A DNA stretch of 64,000 bases from Parcubacteria group bacterium (GCA_041674205.1 JBAYWF010000001.1:149003-213002), one strand, 5' to 3'; shown: positions 1 to 9,460, numbered from the stretch's first letter. Notes: generated by a model from the letters alone, not told the origin. A program made the numbers and translations.

Positions 1-2
1 CG

Positions 3-689
3 CTAATCGCGGATACGCTGGCCCATGTTTCCCTGGCGGGCATCGCGATCGGATTGTGGCTGGGAATAAATCCCGTAGTGACGGCCATTATTTCCGCCGT
101 CGCCGCTTCTTTAGGCATTGAAAAACTGCGGACTTCCAAGCGGCTTTTCGGCGAGTCGGCGCTGGCGCTTTTTCTTTCCGGAAGCCTGGCTCTCGCAGTC
201 GTCATTTTGGGCTTGGCCAACGGTTTCAACGCCAGTCTGCTCAACTATCTATTCGGAAGCATCGTGACCGTGTCGGCGGCTGACGTGCGTATGATTTTTA
301 TTTTGGCATTCGTGGTGGTTTCGGTCTTGGGCATTTTTTATAAACAATTGGTCTATGTCACTTTCGATGAGGAAGCGGCTAGGATCAGCGGCGTTCCGAC
401 GCGCTTGGTGAATTCCATCCTGATCATCCTATCCGCCTTGACCGTGGCGCTGGCCATCCCGATTGTCGGAGTGCTTCTAATCTCGGCCCTCATCGTCATT
501 CCGGTGGTGACGGCGCTCCAGTTCAGGAAAAATTTCACCTGGACGATCATCTATGCCGAAGCCGTTTCACTTTTTTCCGTCATCGCGGGAATCTGGACCT
601 CTTTTTATTTCGATCTCGCGACCGGCGGTTCCATCGTCTTGGTTATGCTGGCGGTTTTCGCCGGCACGCTCGCTGTCCGGCGGCGCTGA
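3..689 (+). CDS. znuB: Zn/Mn ABC transporter permease (ZnuB family), 5'-truncated by window edge
   Basis: Frame open from base 3 (LIADTLAHVSLAGIAIG); LFGSI, TFDEEAARISG, IVGVLLISALIVIP and ATGGSIVL motifs typical of ABC-3 permeases. Confidence 0.9.
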   Translation, partial: LIADTLAHVSLAGIAIGLWLGINPVVTAIISAVAASLGIEKLRTSKRLFGESALALFLSGSLALAVVILGLANGFNASLLNYLFGSIVTVSAADVRMIFILAFVVVSVLGIFYKQLVYVTFDEEAARISGVPTRLVNSILIILSALTVALAIPIVGVLLISALIVIPVVTALQFRKNFTWTIIYAEAVSLFSVIAGIWTSFYFDLATGGSIVLVMLAVFAGTLAVRRR

Positions 690-898
690 AAAAGCCGTCG
701 ATTTCCACCGTCCCTGATTTTTTCCGAGGCTGTTTTTCCAATAGCAAGAACCGCTTGAAAAGCGGATTTTGCTTCGTATGCTAATATAAGATATATGGCA
801 TCGGCCATAAGAGTTATTTTTAGCGGCGGTCTTTTCTTTAACAACTTGAAAAAAAATGATATATCTATGCGTAATCCAGAAGGAGAGGAATTTTAGCT

Positions 899-1270
899 AT
901 GAAAGATGATGATGGGTTTTTAGTGTCGGATGGACAGCTTGAGAAGCTGATGAAAGATGATCGGTTCGTGCATTACGTGGGTATGTTTTTCCCGCCAAGG
1001 CCGGATATCGCAAAGTGTATCTTGTTGTCCCAGATGAAGTGCGTCCGTGACGCCCGGTCCCAAGAAGAAATTTTTACGGTACGGACCTCCGAATGGAACG
1101 GCGTGATATGGTCCATAGTCAGCGTGCTTGCTAGGTATAAGGATGTTATGGAGGAGGTCGCGGACAATTGCGGTGTCAAAGTTATCAAAGGAATTCCGGT
1201 TATGATCGACGCTGGCGATATCCGCTGGATGTTTCCAATTGATAACGGCCGGATTTTCACATTAGTTTGA
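899..1270 (+). CDS. hypothetical protein (123 aa)
   Basis: ORF with purine-rich SD-like GGAGAGGA upstream and a terminator downstream; no recognised motif. Confidence 0.6.
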   Translation: MKDDDGFLVSDGQLEKLMKDDRFVHYVGMFFPPRPDIAKCILLSQMKCVRDARSQEEIFTVRTSEWNGVIWSIVSVLARYKDVMEEVADNCGVKVIKGIPVMIDAGDIRWMFPIDNGRIFTLV

Positions 1271-1346
1271 TGGGCTGGCGGCAGTCCCTGCCGGTTTCCG
1301 GTATGGATCCCGGCGCACGGATCGCCGGCAAGAACCGACCTATTCC

Positions 1347-1392
1347 GATCCGCCGGGCAGCAAACCTGTTCCGGCGGATTTTTATTTTTTTT
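1347..1392 (+). terminator. intrinsic terminator
   Basis: ATCCGCCGG...CCGGCGGAT stem followed by long T tract. Confidence 0.75.
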
Positions 1393-1409
1393 TCAAGCAT
1401 TTTCCAGCC

Positions 1410-1438
1410 TTGATTTTTTTTGGTCCGGCTGATATGCT
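1410..1438 (+). promoter_or_regulatory. sigma70 promoter of glycan operon
   Basis: TTGATT (1410-1415), 17-nt spacer, extended -10 TGaTATGCT (1430-1438). Confidence 0.6.
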
Positions 1439-1469
1439 TGCCATAGTCTGAAGTTTAAAAAATATCCAA

Positions 1470-1563
1470 GGAGGCTATGATCCGCGTATTGGGATGATTT
1501 TTTTTTGAAAGGGTCGCTTGGTCGCTTATGTTTGCGCGGGGAGTCGAATGGCGAAACCGGTTT
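1470..1563 (+). ncRNA. c-di-GMP-II-like riboswitch aptamer, copy 1
   Basis: GGC-TATGAT / GGA-GTC kink-turn-like junction, stem CCGCGTA/TGCGCGG, loop TGG-TCGCT able to pseudoknot with GGCGA-AA-CC, then GG; paralog at 7979-8079. Confidence 0.7.
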
Positions 1564-1610
1564 AGGTTGGAAAGTTGCGAAACTTTCCGGTTCTGGCCGG
1601 TTTTTTATTT
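1555..1610 (+). terminator. riboswitch expression-platform terminator, copy 1
   Basis: AACCGGTT..GGAAAGTT-GCGA-AACTTTCC..GGCCGGTT then TTTT; 5' arm overlaps the aptamer's AACCGG. Confidence 0.75.
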
Positions 1611-1643
1611 GCGGCAGCTGGATTTTCCAATAAATAAAACCCG

Positions 1644-3230
1644 ATGTATATACGATATCGAAAGGCGCAGACGGCCGGCAACGGTCCGCAAAATTCCTCT
1701 CCGGAGAGGATCGGTTTTGAAGAGGGCAAAAAGAAAAAACCCTTGAAAAAACCGATAAATTTCCGCGACTGCGCCTACTCCGGCGCCATCGGCAACGGTA
1801 TCCGTTACAAAGGGAATTATTTCGTGACTCACAGCGATCTGCCTCACCGGCATAGCGCCATCCAAACTTGCCAGCCTTACCAAAAAATCGTCCTATTGCT
1901 GATAGCTGGCCTGGTTTTGGCGGGAGCCCTGATGGATATCAAAAGCGCGCTGATCGTTGTGGTCGCCGTCTTGTCCGCTTTTTATTTTTTGGATCTGCTT
2001 TTTAATTTTTTTCTGATCATCAAAAGTTTCCAAAAATCGCGCGAGATAAAAATAACCGCCGCCGAGATAGGGGAGTTGGACGGCGAAAAACTTCCGGTGT
2101 ATACGATTTTTTGTCCGCTCTATAAAGAGTGGCAAGTCATCCCCCAATTCACCCGGGCCATTTCCAAAATCGATTGGCCGAAAGACAAATTGGATGTGCA
2201 GCTTCTTCTGGAAGAGGACGATCCCCAGACGATCGCGGAAGCGGAGAAGATGGATTTACCTGGTTATTTCCGGATTATCGTCGTACCGCATGGCCATCCG
2301 AAGACCAAGCCCAAAGCTTGCAATTACGGGCTGTGCCATGCCAAGGGGGAATATGCCGTTATTTTTGACGCGGAAGATATCCCTGATCCGGACCAATTGA
2401 AAAAAGCCTATCTGGCCTTCCGGAAACTCAAGGATGAAAAGGTCCTTTGCGTCCAAGCCAAACTTAATTTCTACAATGCCCGCCAAAATATCCTGACACG
2501 TTTTTTTTCGGCGGAATATGCCTTGTGGTTCAATCTGGTGCTGGTCGGGCTCCAATCGATCAAGTCGCCGATTCCGCTGGGCGGAACTTCCAACCATTTC
2601 CGCACGCGGGATCTGCAGCTGCTGAGCGGCTGGGATCCGTTCAACGTGACGGAGGATTGCGATTTGGGGATCCGGATCGCCAAATTGGGTTATCGCACCG
2701 AGATTTTCAATTCCAATACGATGGAAGAAGCGACCAGCAAAGTCGGCAATTGGATGCGCCAGCGTTCGCGCTGGATTAAAGGCTATATGCAGACGTATCT
2801 CGTGCATATGCGCCGGCCGTGTGAATTCGCGTCGGATCTCAGGAATCCGCAGGTTCTCACTTTCCAACTGGTAGTGGGCGGAAAAGTCCTTTCGATTTTC
2901 ATCAATCCGTTGATGTGGCTGCTGGTCATTTCCTATTTCTCTTTCCGCGCGACGATGGGCCCGCTCATCGAACCTTTGTATCCGAAGCCGGTTTTCTATA
3001 TTTCCATCTTCTCTTTGGTATTCGGGAATTTCCTGCAAGTCTATTATTATATGATCGGTTGCGCGAAGCGGGAACAGTGGGATATGATAAAATATGTTTT
3101 TCTGGTGCCGGTGTATTGGCTGATGATGAGCATCGCTTCCTGGAAGGCGCTGTGGCAATTGGTTTTCAAGCCCCACTATTGGGAAAAGACGGTGCACGGT
3201 TTCCATTTGGCAGTCAAAAAAAATGCGTAG
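1644..3230 (+). CDS. processive membrane GT2 glycosyltransferase (cellulose synthase/PgaC-like superfamily)
   Basis: PLYKE, KTKPKACN, FDAED, TEDCDLG, QRSRW (QxxRW) motifs; N- and C-terminal TM helices. Confidence 0.9.
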   Translation: MYIRYRKAQTAGNGPQNSSPERIGFEEGKKKKPLKKPINFRDCAYSGAIGNGIRYKGNYFVTHSDLPHRHSAIQTCQPYQKIVLLLIAGLVLAGALMDIKSALIVVVAVLSAFYFLDLLFNFFLIIKSFQKSREIKITAAEIGELDGEKLPVYTIFCPLYKEWQVIPQFTRAISKIDWPKDKLDVQLLLEEDDPQTIAEAEKMDLPGYFRIIVVPHGHPKTKPKACNYGLCHAKGEYAVIFDAEDIPDPDQLKKAYLAFRKLKDEKVLCVQAKLNFYNARQNILTRFFSAEYALWFNLVLVGLQSIKSPIPLGGTSNHFRTRDLQLLSGWDPFNVTEDCDLGIRIAKLGYRTEIFNSNTMEEATSKVGNWMRQRSRWIKGYMQTYLVHMRRPCEFASDLRNPQVLTFQLVVGGKVLSIFINPLMWLLVISYFSFRATMGPLIEPLYPKPVFYISIFSLVFGNFLQVYYYMIGCAKREQWDMIKYVFLVPVYWLMMSIASWKALWQLVFKPHYWEKTVHGFHLAVKKNA

Positions 3231-4509
3231 CGAAACGAACACAATCAAAGCTTTGTTCGCGGATGAATTTGCCAGAAGCAGCTCCATCTTCTTTTTCAGT
3301 TCCGCCGCCGCTGCTTTTTTGAATTATCTGTACCATCCTATCCTGGGCCGGCTGATGGATGTGGCGGATTTCGGCGAGGCGCAGGCGGCCATCTCGCTGT
3401 TTTTGCAATTCGGCGTCCTAGCGTCCGTCTTTTCTTTTTTCACTATCAGCCTGGCTTCCAATGCCGAGTCCGGCAAGTCAGGGGAAATGTCTTCCGTTAT
3501 CGCGGAGTTTCGGAAGCTTGCCGTGCTGGCGATTGCGGCGCTGGCCGTCGGTCTGGTTTTTTTCCATCAGGCAGTGAAGGAGTTTTTGAATTTTTCTTCT
3601 ATCTATCCGCTGCTGATCCTGATGTTGTTGTTATTGGCCAATGTGCTGTTCTCTTTCCGCCGGGCCTATCTGCAAGGAATGCGCAAAATCAAAAGCGTGT
3701 CCGCGGCGGATGTGATTTTTTCCGCTTCCCGCTTGTTTCTCGCAATCGCTTTCGTCTATGCCGGCTGGCGGTCGTCCGGAGCGGTCGCCGGTTTGCTGGC
3801 CGGACAGCTCATCGCTTTGGCCTATGTTTTTTCCAAAACCAAAGACGTCCTGGTTCCGGAAAATTGGAGCATCCTGCCGCGTTGGCGGCATCCCGCGTTC
3901 AGGCGGGAATTCAAATTCGGTTTGTTGGTGGCGGTAGCGGTTTTTTGCGTGACATTCTTTTACGCAAGCGATATCATTTTCGTGCGGCACTACTTTCCGG
4001 CGGAAGAAGCCGGTTTGTACGGCGGCATAGCGACGGTAGCCAGGATAATTTTTTTCGCTACCAGCCCGATAGTTATGGTGATGTTGCCGATGGTCAGGCT
4101 GAAAAATGTGCCGGAAAAAAACGCGGCGCTTTTCCGGAAAGCGTTCGCGGTAGTGGCCGTGCTCGGACTGGCCATAACGCTGGTCCTGCAGATTTTTCCA
4201 GAGTTCGTCATCAAGCTTTTGATTGGCGGGCGTTATGCCGTTTTCGCGCCGATTCTGCCGCGGCTGGGCTGGATGGTTTTTGCCGCCTCGCTGGCCAATC
4301 TGTTTTCCGCCTATTTCATCGCGCTTAGAAAATACACGCTGATCCCGATATCCCTCGCGTCCGTTTCGCTTACCGCGGTCCTGGCATTTTTTTTCCATAG
4401 CGATCCGATCCAGATAATAAACGATTTCATCTGCGGGCTGGCTCTTGTAATTTTTTTATCCTCCATAATATATGCGCAAAAAGATTTCTATCGTCATACC
4501 GGTCTATAA
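3223..4509 (+). CDS. Wzx-like oligosaccharide flippase (MOP family)
   Basis: Many TM segments; NYLYHPILGR, DIIFVRHYF..EAGLY patterns; overlaps upstream stop. Confidence 0.85.
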   Translation: MRSETNTIKALFADEFARSSSIFFFSSAAAAFLNYLYHPILGRLMDVADFGEAQAAISLFLQFGVLASVFSFFTISLASNAESGKSGEMSSVIAEFRKLAVLAIAALAVGLVFFHQAVKEFLNFSSIYPLLILMLLLLANVLFSFRRAYLQGMRKIKSVSAADVIFSASRLFLAIAFVYAGWRSSGAVAGLLAGQLIALAYVFSKTKDVLVPENWSILPRWRHPAFRREFKFGLLVAVAVFCVTFFYASDIIFVRHYFPAEEAGLYGGIATVARIIFFATSPIVMVMLPMVRLKNVPEKNAALFRKAFAVVAVLGLAITLVLQIFPEFVIKLLIGGRYAVFAPILPRLGWMVFAASLANLFSAYFIALRKYTLIPISLASVSLTAVLAFFFHSDPIQIINDFICGLALVIFLSSIIYAQKDFYRHTGL

Positions 4510-5410
4510 TGAAAAAGAAAACATCCGCCCGGTCTATGCCGGAGTGGAGGAGGTTATCCGGTCCGTCCCTGGCTACGAATTCGAAGTCATTTTCGTCAAT
4601 GACGGCAGTTCAGACGGGACTTGGAAGGAAATAATCAATCTGGCGGGGAGCGGAAAAGGGATCAAAGCTTTGAATTTCAGCCGCAATTTCGGGCATCAAG
4701 CCGCGATCGAAGCCGGGATGGCCAATGCCGGGGGAGCGGCGGTGATAACTATGGACGGGGATATGCAACATCCGCCGGAAATGATTCCCGAGCTGATCAG
4801 AAAATGGGAGCAAGGCTTTGAGATCGTGAATACCAAGCGGGAGGAAACCGAAGGTATCTCTTTTTTCAAAAAGATCGCTTCCGGCATTTTCTATCGCCTG
4901 CTAAACTGCATTTCCGAAGTGCATATCGAAAGCGGTTCGGCCGATTTCAGATTGATCGGCCGGCGGGCGATGGATGAATTGAACAAGCTGACGGAAAAAA
5001 ACAAATTCTACCGGGGTTTGATCAGCTGGATCGGATTTGAAAGCGCTATCGTGAAATATAAAGCGGGCAAGAGGCGGGGCGGAAAATCATCCTATACTTT
5101 CAACAAAATGCTGTCGCTGGCCAGGGTCGGCATAACCTCTTTCAGCATGCTTCCGATGAAAGTGATTTTTTTGTTCGGCGCGCTCCTTTTTTTCGGCGGA
5201 TTTTTGCTGACGGCCGGGATGGTTTTTTGGCGGTATTGCATCGGGTCGGCGCTGTTCAGCGGGACTGGGATATTGGCGGCTTTCATCATAATGAACAACG
5301 GTCTGTTTATGGTGATGCTCGGAATCGTTTCGATGTACCAGATCAATATGTGCAAGGAATTGCAGAACCGGCCGAACTACATCATCACTGAAAAAATAAA
5401 TCTCAACTAA
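4472..5410 (+). CDS. GtrB/ArnC/DPM1-like polyprenol-phosphate glycosyltransferase (GT2)
   Basis: VIPVYNE, VNDGSSD, FSRNFGHQAA, MDGDMQHPPE, ADFRL, two C-terminal TMs, RPNYII. Confidence 0.9.
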   Translation: MRKKISIVIPVYNEKENIRPVYAGVEEVIRSVPGYEFEVIFVNDGSSDGTWKEIINLAGSGKGIKALNFSRNFGHQAAIEAGMANAGGAAVITMDGDMQHPPEMIPELIRKWEQGFEIVNTKREETEGISFFKKIASGIFYRLLNCISEVHIESGSADFRLIGRRAMDELNKLTEKNKFYRGLISWIGFESAIVKYKAGKRRGGKSSYTFNKMLSLARVGITSFSMLPMKVIFLFGALLFFGGFLLTAGMVFWRYCIGSALFSGTGILAAFIIMNNGLFMVMLGIVSMYQINMCKELQNRPNYIITEKINLN

Positions 5411-5434
5411 CCATTAACCATCAAGATTAATATT

Positions 5435-6253
5435 ATGGATGAAAAAAAACCGGAAGTTTCCGTCCTGATGTCCGCGTACAATGAGGAAAAATATGTCAGC
5501 GCCGCCATCGAAAGCATCTTGGACCAGACCTATCGCGATTTCGAATTGATCGTCATCGATGATTGTAGCCGGGACGCGACTTGGAAGCTGATTGCCGGAT
5601 ATGCCGGGCGCGATCCGCGGGTGCGGGCGTCCAGGAATGAAAAAAATTTGGGGATTTCCAGCACGCTCAACAAGGGACTCGCGCTAGCCCGCGGGAAATA
5701 TATCGTCAAGATGGACGCGGACGATTGGTCCTACCCGGACCGTTTGGAAAAGCAAGTCAGGTTTATGGAAAAAAATCCCCAGGTCGCCATCAGCGGCGGT
5801 ACGATGGAAGTGTGTGATGAGGGGATGGTTGTCCTGAATAAGCGGCCGTACAACTTGACTGACCGGGAGATACGCCGGAAAATTTTCCTGTATAATCCGT
5901 TCTGCCATCCGGCGGTGATCTACCGGACGGACATCGCCAAAAGGGTCGGCGGCTATTGTTTGATCGATTCGGCCGGCGATTATGAATTGTATTTCAAGCT
6001 CGGATTGCACGGGGAGTTCGCTAATTTGCCGGATGTCCTGTTGAAATACCGGGTCAACCGCGGTTCCATTTCCGTCTATAAGGCGAGAAGCCAGGAGCGC
6101 GACACGCTGTATGTGCGGCTCAAGGCGGTTTTCGAATACGGCTACAGGATGCGTCCGGTCGATAAACTATATTTCGCCTGCCAGTTTTTGAGTATGTATC
6201 TCATCCCGCAACGGACCAAGGCCTGGATATTTAACCGGTTAAGAAGCAATTGA
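5435..6253 (+). CDS. GT2 family glycosyltransferase
   Basis: VSVLMSAYNEE, IDDCSRD, MDADD, RLEKQV, HPAV motifs. Confidence 0.9.
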   Translation: MDEKKPEVSVLMSAYNEEKYVSAAIESILDQTYRDFELIVIDDCSRDATWKLIAGYAGRDPRVRASRNEKNLGISSTLNKGLALARGKYIVKMDADDWSYPDRLEKQVRFMEKNPQVAISGGTMEVCDEGMVVLNKRPYNLTDREIRRKIFLYNPFCHPAVIYRTDIAKRVGGYCLIDSAGDYELYFKLGLHGEFANLPDVLLKYRVNRGSISVYKARSQERDTLYVRLKAVFEYGYRMRPVDKLYFACQFLSMYLIPQRTKAWIFNRLRSN

Positions 6254-6258
6254 TCACT

Positions 6259-7935
6259 ATGGTCGGATTTTTTCAAAAAATCAGCGCGTCCTTCCGCAAA
6301 AACATATTGCCGGTCACTTTGGCCTTGGCGGTTTTTTTCAGTCTGGCCAGCTTCCTTTTTTTCTATTTGGACGGACAGCGGAACACCACCTATTTCGACG
6401 CGCAATCCCATCTCAATATGGCCCGCAAAATCGTGGACAATTTGAATCCCGGTTTGGGCCAGCTCGGCGGCTTGTGGCTGCCGCTTCTGCATCTTTTGAT
6501 GGTGCCGTTCATCTGGAATGATTTTATGTGGCATTCCGGTTGGGCGGGAGCTTGCGTTTCGATGCCGGCTTTCGTCCTGTCGGTCTATTTCGTTTTCAAG
6601 ACCGTCGAACTGCTTTTCCGCGATCGGACGGCGGCCTTTCTCGGCGCTTTGGTATATATGTCCAGTTTCAATATGCTTTTGCTCCAGAGTATGGCGATGA
6701 TGGAACCGCTATTCAATCTGACGATCATCGGCAGCATCTATTATCTTTCCCGCTGGGCCAGGACGGACAACTTGGTGGATCTGTCCGGCGGGGCTTTCTT
6801 TGTTTTTTTGAGCACGCTGACCCGCTATGAAGGCTACGCGGTTTTGGCGGCATCGGCCGCCGCCGTGCCCATCGTCACTTTCATAAAAAATTTCAACGCG
6901 TCTCATCGGTATCGGATCGTGGAAGGCAAATTCCTGATTTTTATGACGCTGGCGTCTTTCGGCGTCTTGCTGTGGCTGGCCTACTCGCTGGTGATTTTCG
7001 GCGATCCTTTGCATTGGACCCATCCTAATGCCGCGGATGTGGCAACGGTCGCTGAAACTGTCCGGAGCGGAAGCCCGTCCGAAATTATGCGCGGGGATCC
7101 TACGGATTATTACCGGCACGATTTGTCCAAGGCACTTCTGACATTTTGGTGGACCGCGGCCATCGGCAACGGTCTGGTGGTTTTTTTCGCGGGCATAGCG
7201 GGCTTCCTGTCGCTCTTGTGGTTTTGCGGGAGGAATATCCGCTATGCCTATCTGTTCATTCCGGCCGTGTTGGTTTCTGTCGCGTTTCCGCTGTTCATCC
7301 TGGTGCTGATGTATCTGGGCCAGGTTTCGCTCCTGCCGCCGTTCCTCGGTTTCGCCGGCATCTTCGACAAGGGGAATAATCTGGCTGACGAAGCCGGCAT
7401 CCGTTACACTCTCGCGATGCTGCCGCTCCTTGCGATTTTTATAGGCTGGCTGGCCGCGGGCGGAGCGTACCGTAAAATTACCGTTTTCCTGCTCATCGTT
7501 TTCCAAGTCGGCGCATTTTTTTCCGGACCGCTGTTCCTGACCTATGACCTTTCCTTGAAATGGGAAAGCGTGTACGGACAGGAAAACCGTTCGGTGGAAT
7601 GGTTCAAGGAAAATTATTCCGGCGGACTCATCCTGGCAAGCGCGTTGTCCCACGAGGCGGAAATTTTCCAGAACGGGCTGGCGTACAAGAACTATATCCA
7701 CGAGGGAACCGGCCATTATTGGGAAGAATCCTTGAAAAACCCGGTGCGTTACGCGACCTGGATAATTATGAACAAAAGCGCCAAGACGGACACGTCCGGC
7801 ATCTGGGGACAGGACATCCTGACCAACCGTTTCCGCAATTCAAAGGTCCTGCGGAACAATTTCGACTTGGTATATGATGACGGTAAAATTATGATTTACA
7901 AAATAAAAGCCAATAAGGAATTGCTCCATTTTTGA
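6259..7935 (+). CDS. GT-C fold membrane glycosyltransferase (PMT/ArnT, GT39-like)
   Basis: Multi-TM; DAQSHLNMAR, WLPLLHLL, MMEP, TRYEG motifs; soluble C-terminal domain; ATG 6259 preferred to TTG 6250. Confidence 0.75.
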   Translation: MVGFFQKISASFRKNILPVTLALAVFFSLASFLFFYLDGQRNTTYFDAQSHLNMARKIVDNLNPGLGQLGGLWLPLLHLLMVPFIWNDFMWHSGWAGACVSMPAFVLSVYFVFKTVELLFRDRTAAFLGALVYMSSFNMLLLQSMAMMEPLFNLTIIGSIYYLSRWARTDNLVDLSGGAFFVFLSTLTRYEGYAVLAASAAAVPIVTFIKNFNASHRYRIVEGKFLIFMTLASFGVLLWLAYSLVIFGDPLHWTHPNAADVATVAETVRSGSPSEIMRGDPTDYYRHDLSKALLTFWWTAAIGNGLVVFFAGIAGFLSLLWFCGRNIRYAYLFIPAVLVSVAFPLFILVLMYLGQVSLLPPFLGFAGIFDKGNNLADEAGIRYTLAMLPLLAIFIGWLAAGGAYRKITVFLLIVFQVGAFFSGPLFLTYDLSLKWESVYGQENRSVEWFKENYSGGLILASALSHEAEIFQNGLAYKNYIHEGTGHYWEESLKNPVRYATWIIMNKSAKTDTSGIWGQDILTNRFRNSKVLRNNFDLVYDDGKIMIYKIKANKELLHF

Positions 7936-7949
7936 TTGCGTGGTATATT
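7921..7949 (+). promoter_or_regulatory. sigma70 promoter of TasA/SipW operon
   Basis: TTGCTC (7921-7926), 17-nt spacer, extended -10 TGgTATATT (7941-7949). Confidence 0.65.
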
Positions 7950-7978
7950 TATAACATACCAGGGAATCATAGAGCCAT

Positions 7979-8079
7979 GTTTAAAATGTGATGATCCGCG
8001 CATCGGAATGATTTTTTGGTGAGTATATATTGGTCGCTTATGTGTGCGCGGGGAGCTGAATGGCGAAACCGGTTTAGAC
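7979..8079 (+). ncRNA. c-di-GMP-II-like riboswitch aptamer, copy 2
   Basis: P1 GTTTAAA(7979-7985)/TTTAGAC(8073-8079); GATGAT/GGAG kink-turn-like; CCGCGCA/TGCGCGG stem; TGGTCGCT loop pairing with GGCGA-AA-CC. Confidence 0.72.
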
Positions 8080-8127
8080 CGAAAAGTTTTTTTAAACTTT
8101 TCAGTTTGAGCCGGTTTTTTGTTTTTT
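8067..8127 (+). terminator. riboswitch expression-platform terminator, copy 2
   Basis: AACCGGTTTAGAC.GAAAAGTTT-loop-AAACTTTTC.GTTTGAGCCGGTT then T tract; competes with P1 and the pseudoknot. Confidence 0.78.
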
Positions 8128-8260
8128 GAAAACAACCTCATTTTAATATATTTAAAGGTCGAGGCGGAAACTGCCATAAGTTTCAAAATTTTTATTCCGA
8201 TTCATAAAATAGGAATAAAAAATAATTTTAATCAGCGCTTAATAAATAATAAAAAAAACT

Positions 8261-9442
8261 ATGAAAAAAATGATCAAAAGCGGGCTCATCGTGCTTGCGG
8301 TCGCTGCGATTGCCGGGTATGGAACATACTCGTTCTTCAGCGACACAGAAACATCGACGGGAAACAATTTTACCGCAGGAGAAATCGACCTGACCGTAAC
8401 CCATACTGACAGCGCTACGGACGGCGCTTGTACGTTTGACAATACATCAGGCGGACCGATTTTTAATTGTACCGATGTAAAACCTGGGGACGCAGGTGAA
8501 AGCACGTTGACATTCAACCTTACAAGCAACCCTGCTTGGGCATGTATGTATGTGGATAATGTCGTTGATAGCGATAATGGATGCAATGATCCGGAATTGG
8601 CCGCTGAATCAGTTTGTGCGGTAGATGGAAATGGTGAATTGGACGACGCTTTGATGCTTACTGTTTGGGTTGACGATGGGGTTGGAGGTGGAATAGTATG
8701 CAATAATATCCGAGACGGATCGGAACAAATAATTATAGAAGATCAGTCATTGAGCTCTTTCGTGTTACCAACAGGAGGCTATGTCCTTCCTATTTCAGAC
8801 GCGAGTGCCGATTCTATGATGGCTGATCCAGTCCAACCGGGTGACCATTGTGTCGGTGTCGCGTGGAGTGTCGATCCAACGGCAGGAAACGAAGTGCAGA
8901 CGGATAAATTAGGCGGTGATCTGACCTTCTATGTTGAACAGGCAAGAAACAATGATGGATTCACATGCGCGGCACATTTCACGCCTGCGGAAGGAGTGCA
9001 AACATTGACTCTTGAAAATGAGATACAGAATCCGACAGGACCTTGGACACCGATTACCGGTGACGGGATACAAGGAACATTAGCTTGGCAAGGAGATGGA
9101 GATACATTTGATTACACTCTAGCTGCGCAAGGATTACCCGCTAATTCATCATACAGTTTGATTTATTATGCTGATCCTTACCCAGGTAATAATCCAGGTA
9201 AATTAATCGGAACACACATGACCGATGGAGGTGGCAACATCAATGCTGCTGGAAATCCAGATCTAGGAATGGATTTGCCAGATCCTGCAGATGCTAACTT
9301 CGGGACTGGTGCTAAGATTTGGTTGATTCCAAGCAGTGCATATGATGCTGCGAGCAGTAGTATCATTTCTTGGACACCAGATACTACTACCTGGTTGTTC
9401 GAAGGTAATGTTTACATCCATTACAACGATACGAATAACTAA
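8261..9442 (+). CDS. TasA/camelysin-like SipW-dependent secreted protein 1
   Basis: SipW-class signal (TYSFFSDTETSTGNNFTAGEIDL), DVKPGDAGE, acidic TasA-like core (GNEVQTD..LTFYVEQARNN), extra C-terminal domain. Confidence 0.85.
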   Translation: MKKMIKSGLIVLAVAAIAGYGTYSFFSDTETSTGNNFTAGEIDLTVTHTDSATDGACTFDNTSGGPIFNCTDVKPGDAGESTLTFNLTSNPAWACMYVDNVVDSDNGCNDPELAAESVCAVDGNGELDDALMLTVWVDDGVGGGIVCNNIRDGSEQIIIEDQSLSSFVLPTGGYVLPISDASADSMMADPVQPGDHCVGVAWSVDPTAGNEVQTDKLGGDLTFYVEQARNNDGFTCAAHFTPAEGVQTLTLENEIQNPTGPWTPITGDGIQGTLAWQGDGDTFDYTLAAQGLPANSSYSLIYYADPYPGNNPGKLIGTHMTDGGGNINAAGNPDLGMDLPDPADANFGTGAKIWLIPSSAYDAASSSIISWTPDTTTWLFEGNVYIHYNDTNN

Positions 9443-9460
9443 ACAAGATGTAGTCTTTCA

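Noticed and set aside
1470-1563. c-di-AMP (ydaO) or c-di-GMP-I (GEMM) riboswitch
   Set aside because: Only superficial TCGCTTA/GGGG similarity. It lacks the GEMM GCAAA/GAAA tetraloop-receptor layout and the ydaO two-domain pattern; class II architecture fits better.
1528-1746. 72-aa ORF upstream of the GT2 as a leader peptide
   Set aside because: Runs through the aptamer and terminator. The same frame in copy 2 stops early (TGA near 8107), so the conservation is at RNA level.
2256-3287. 343-aa minus-strand ORF and similar long antisense ORFs (6709-7716, 37323-38093)
   Set aside because: Shadows of well-supported genes on the opposite strand.
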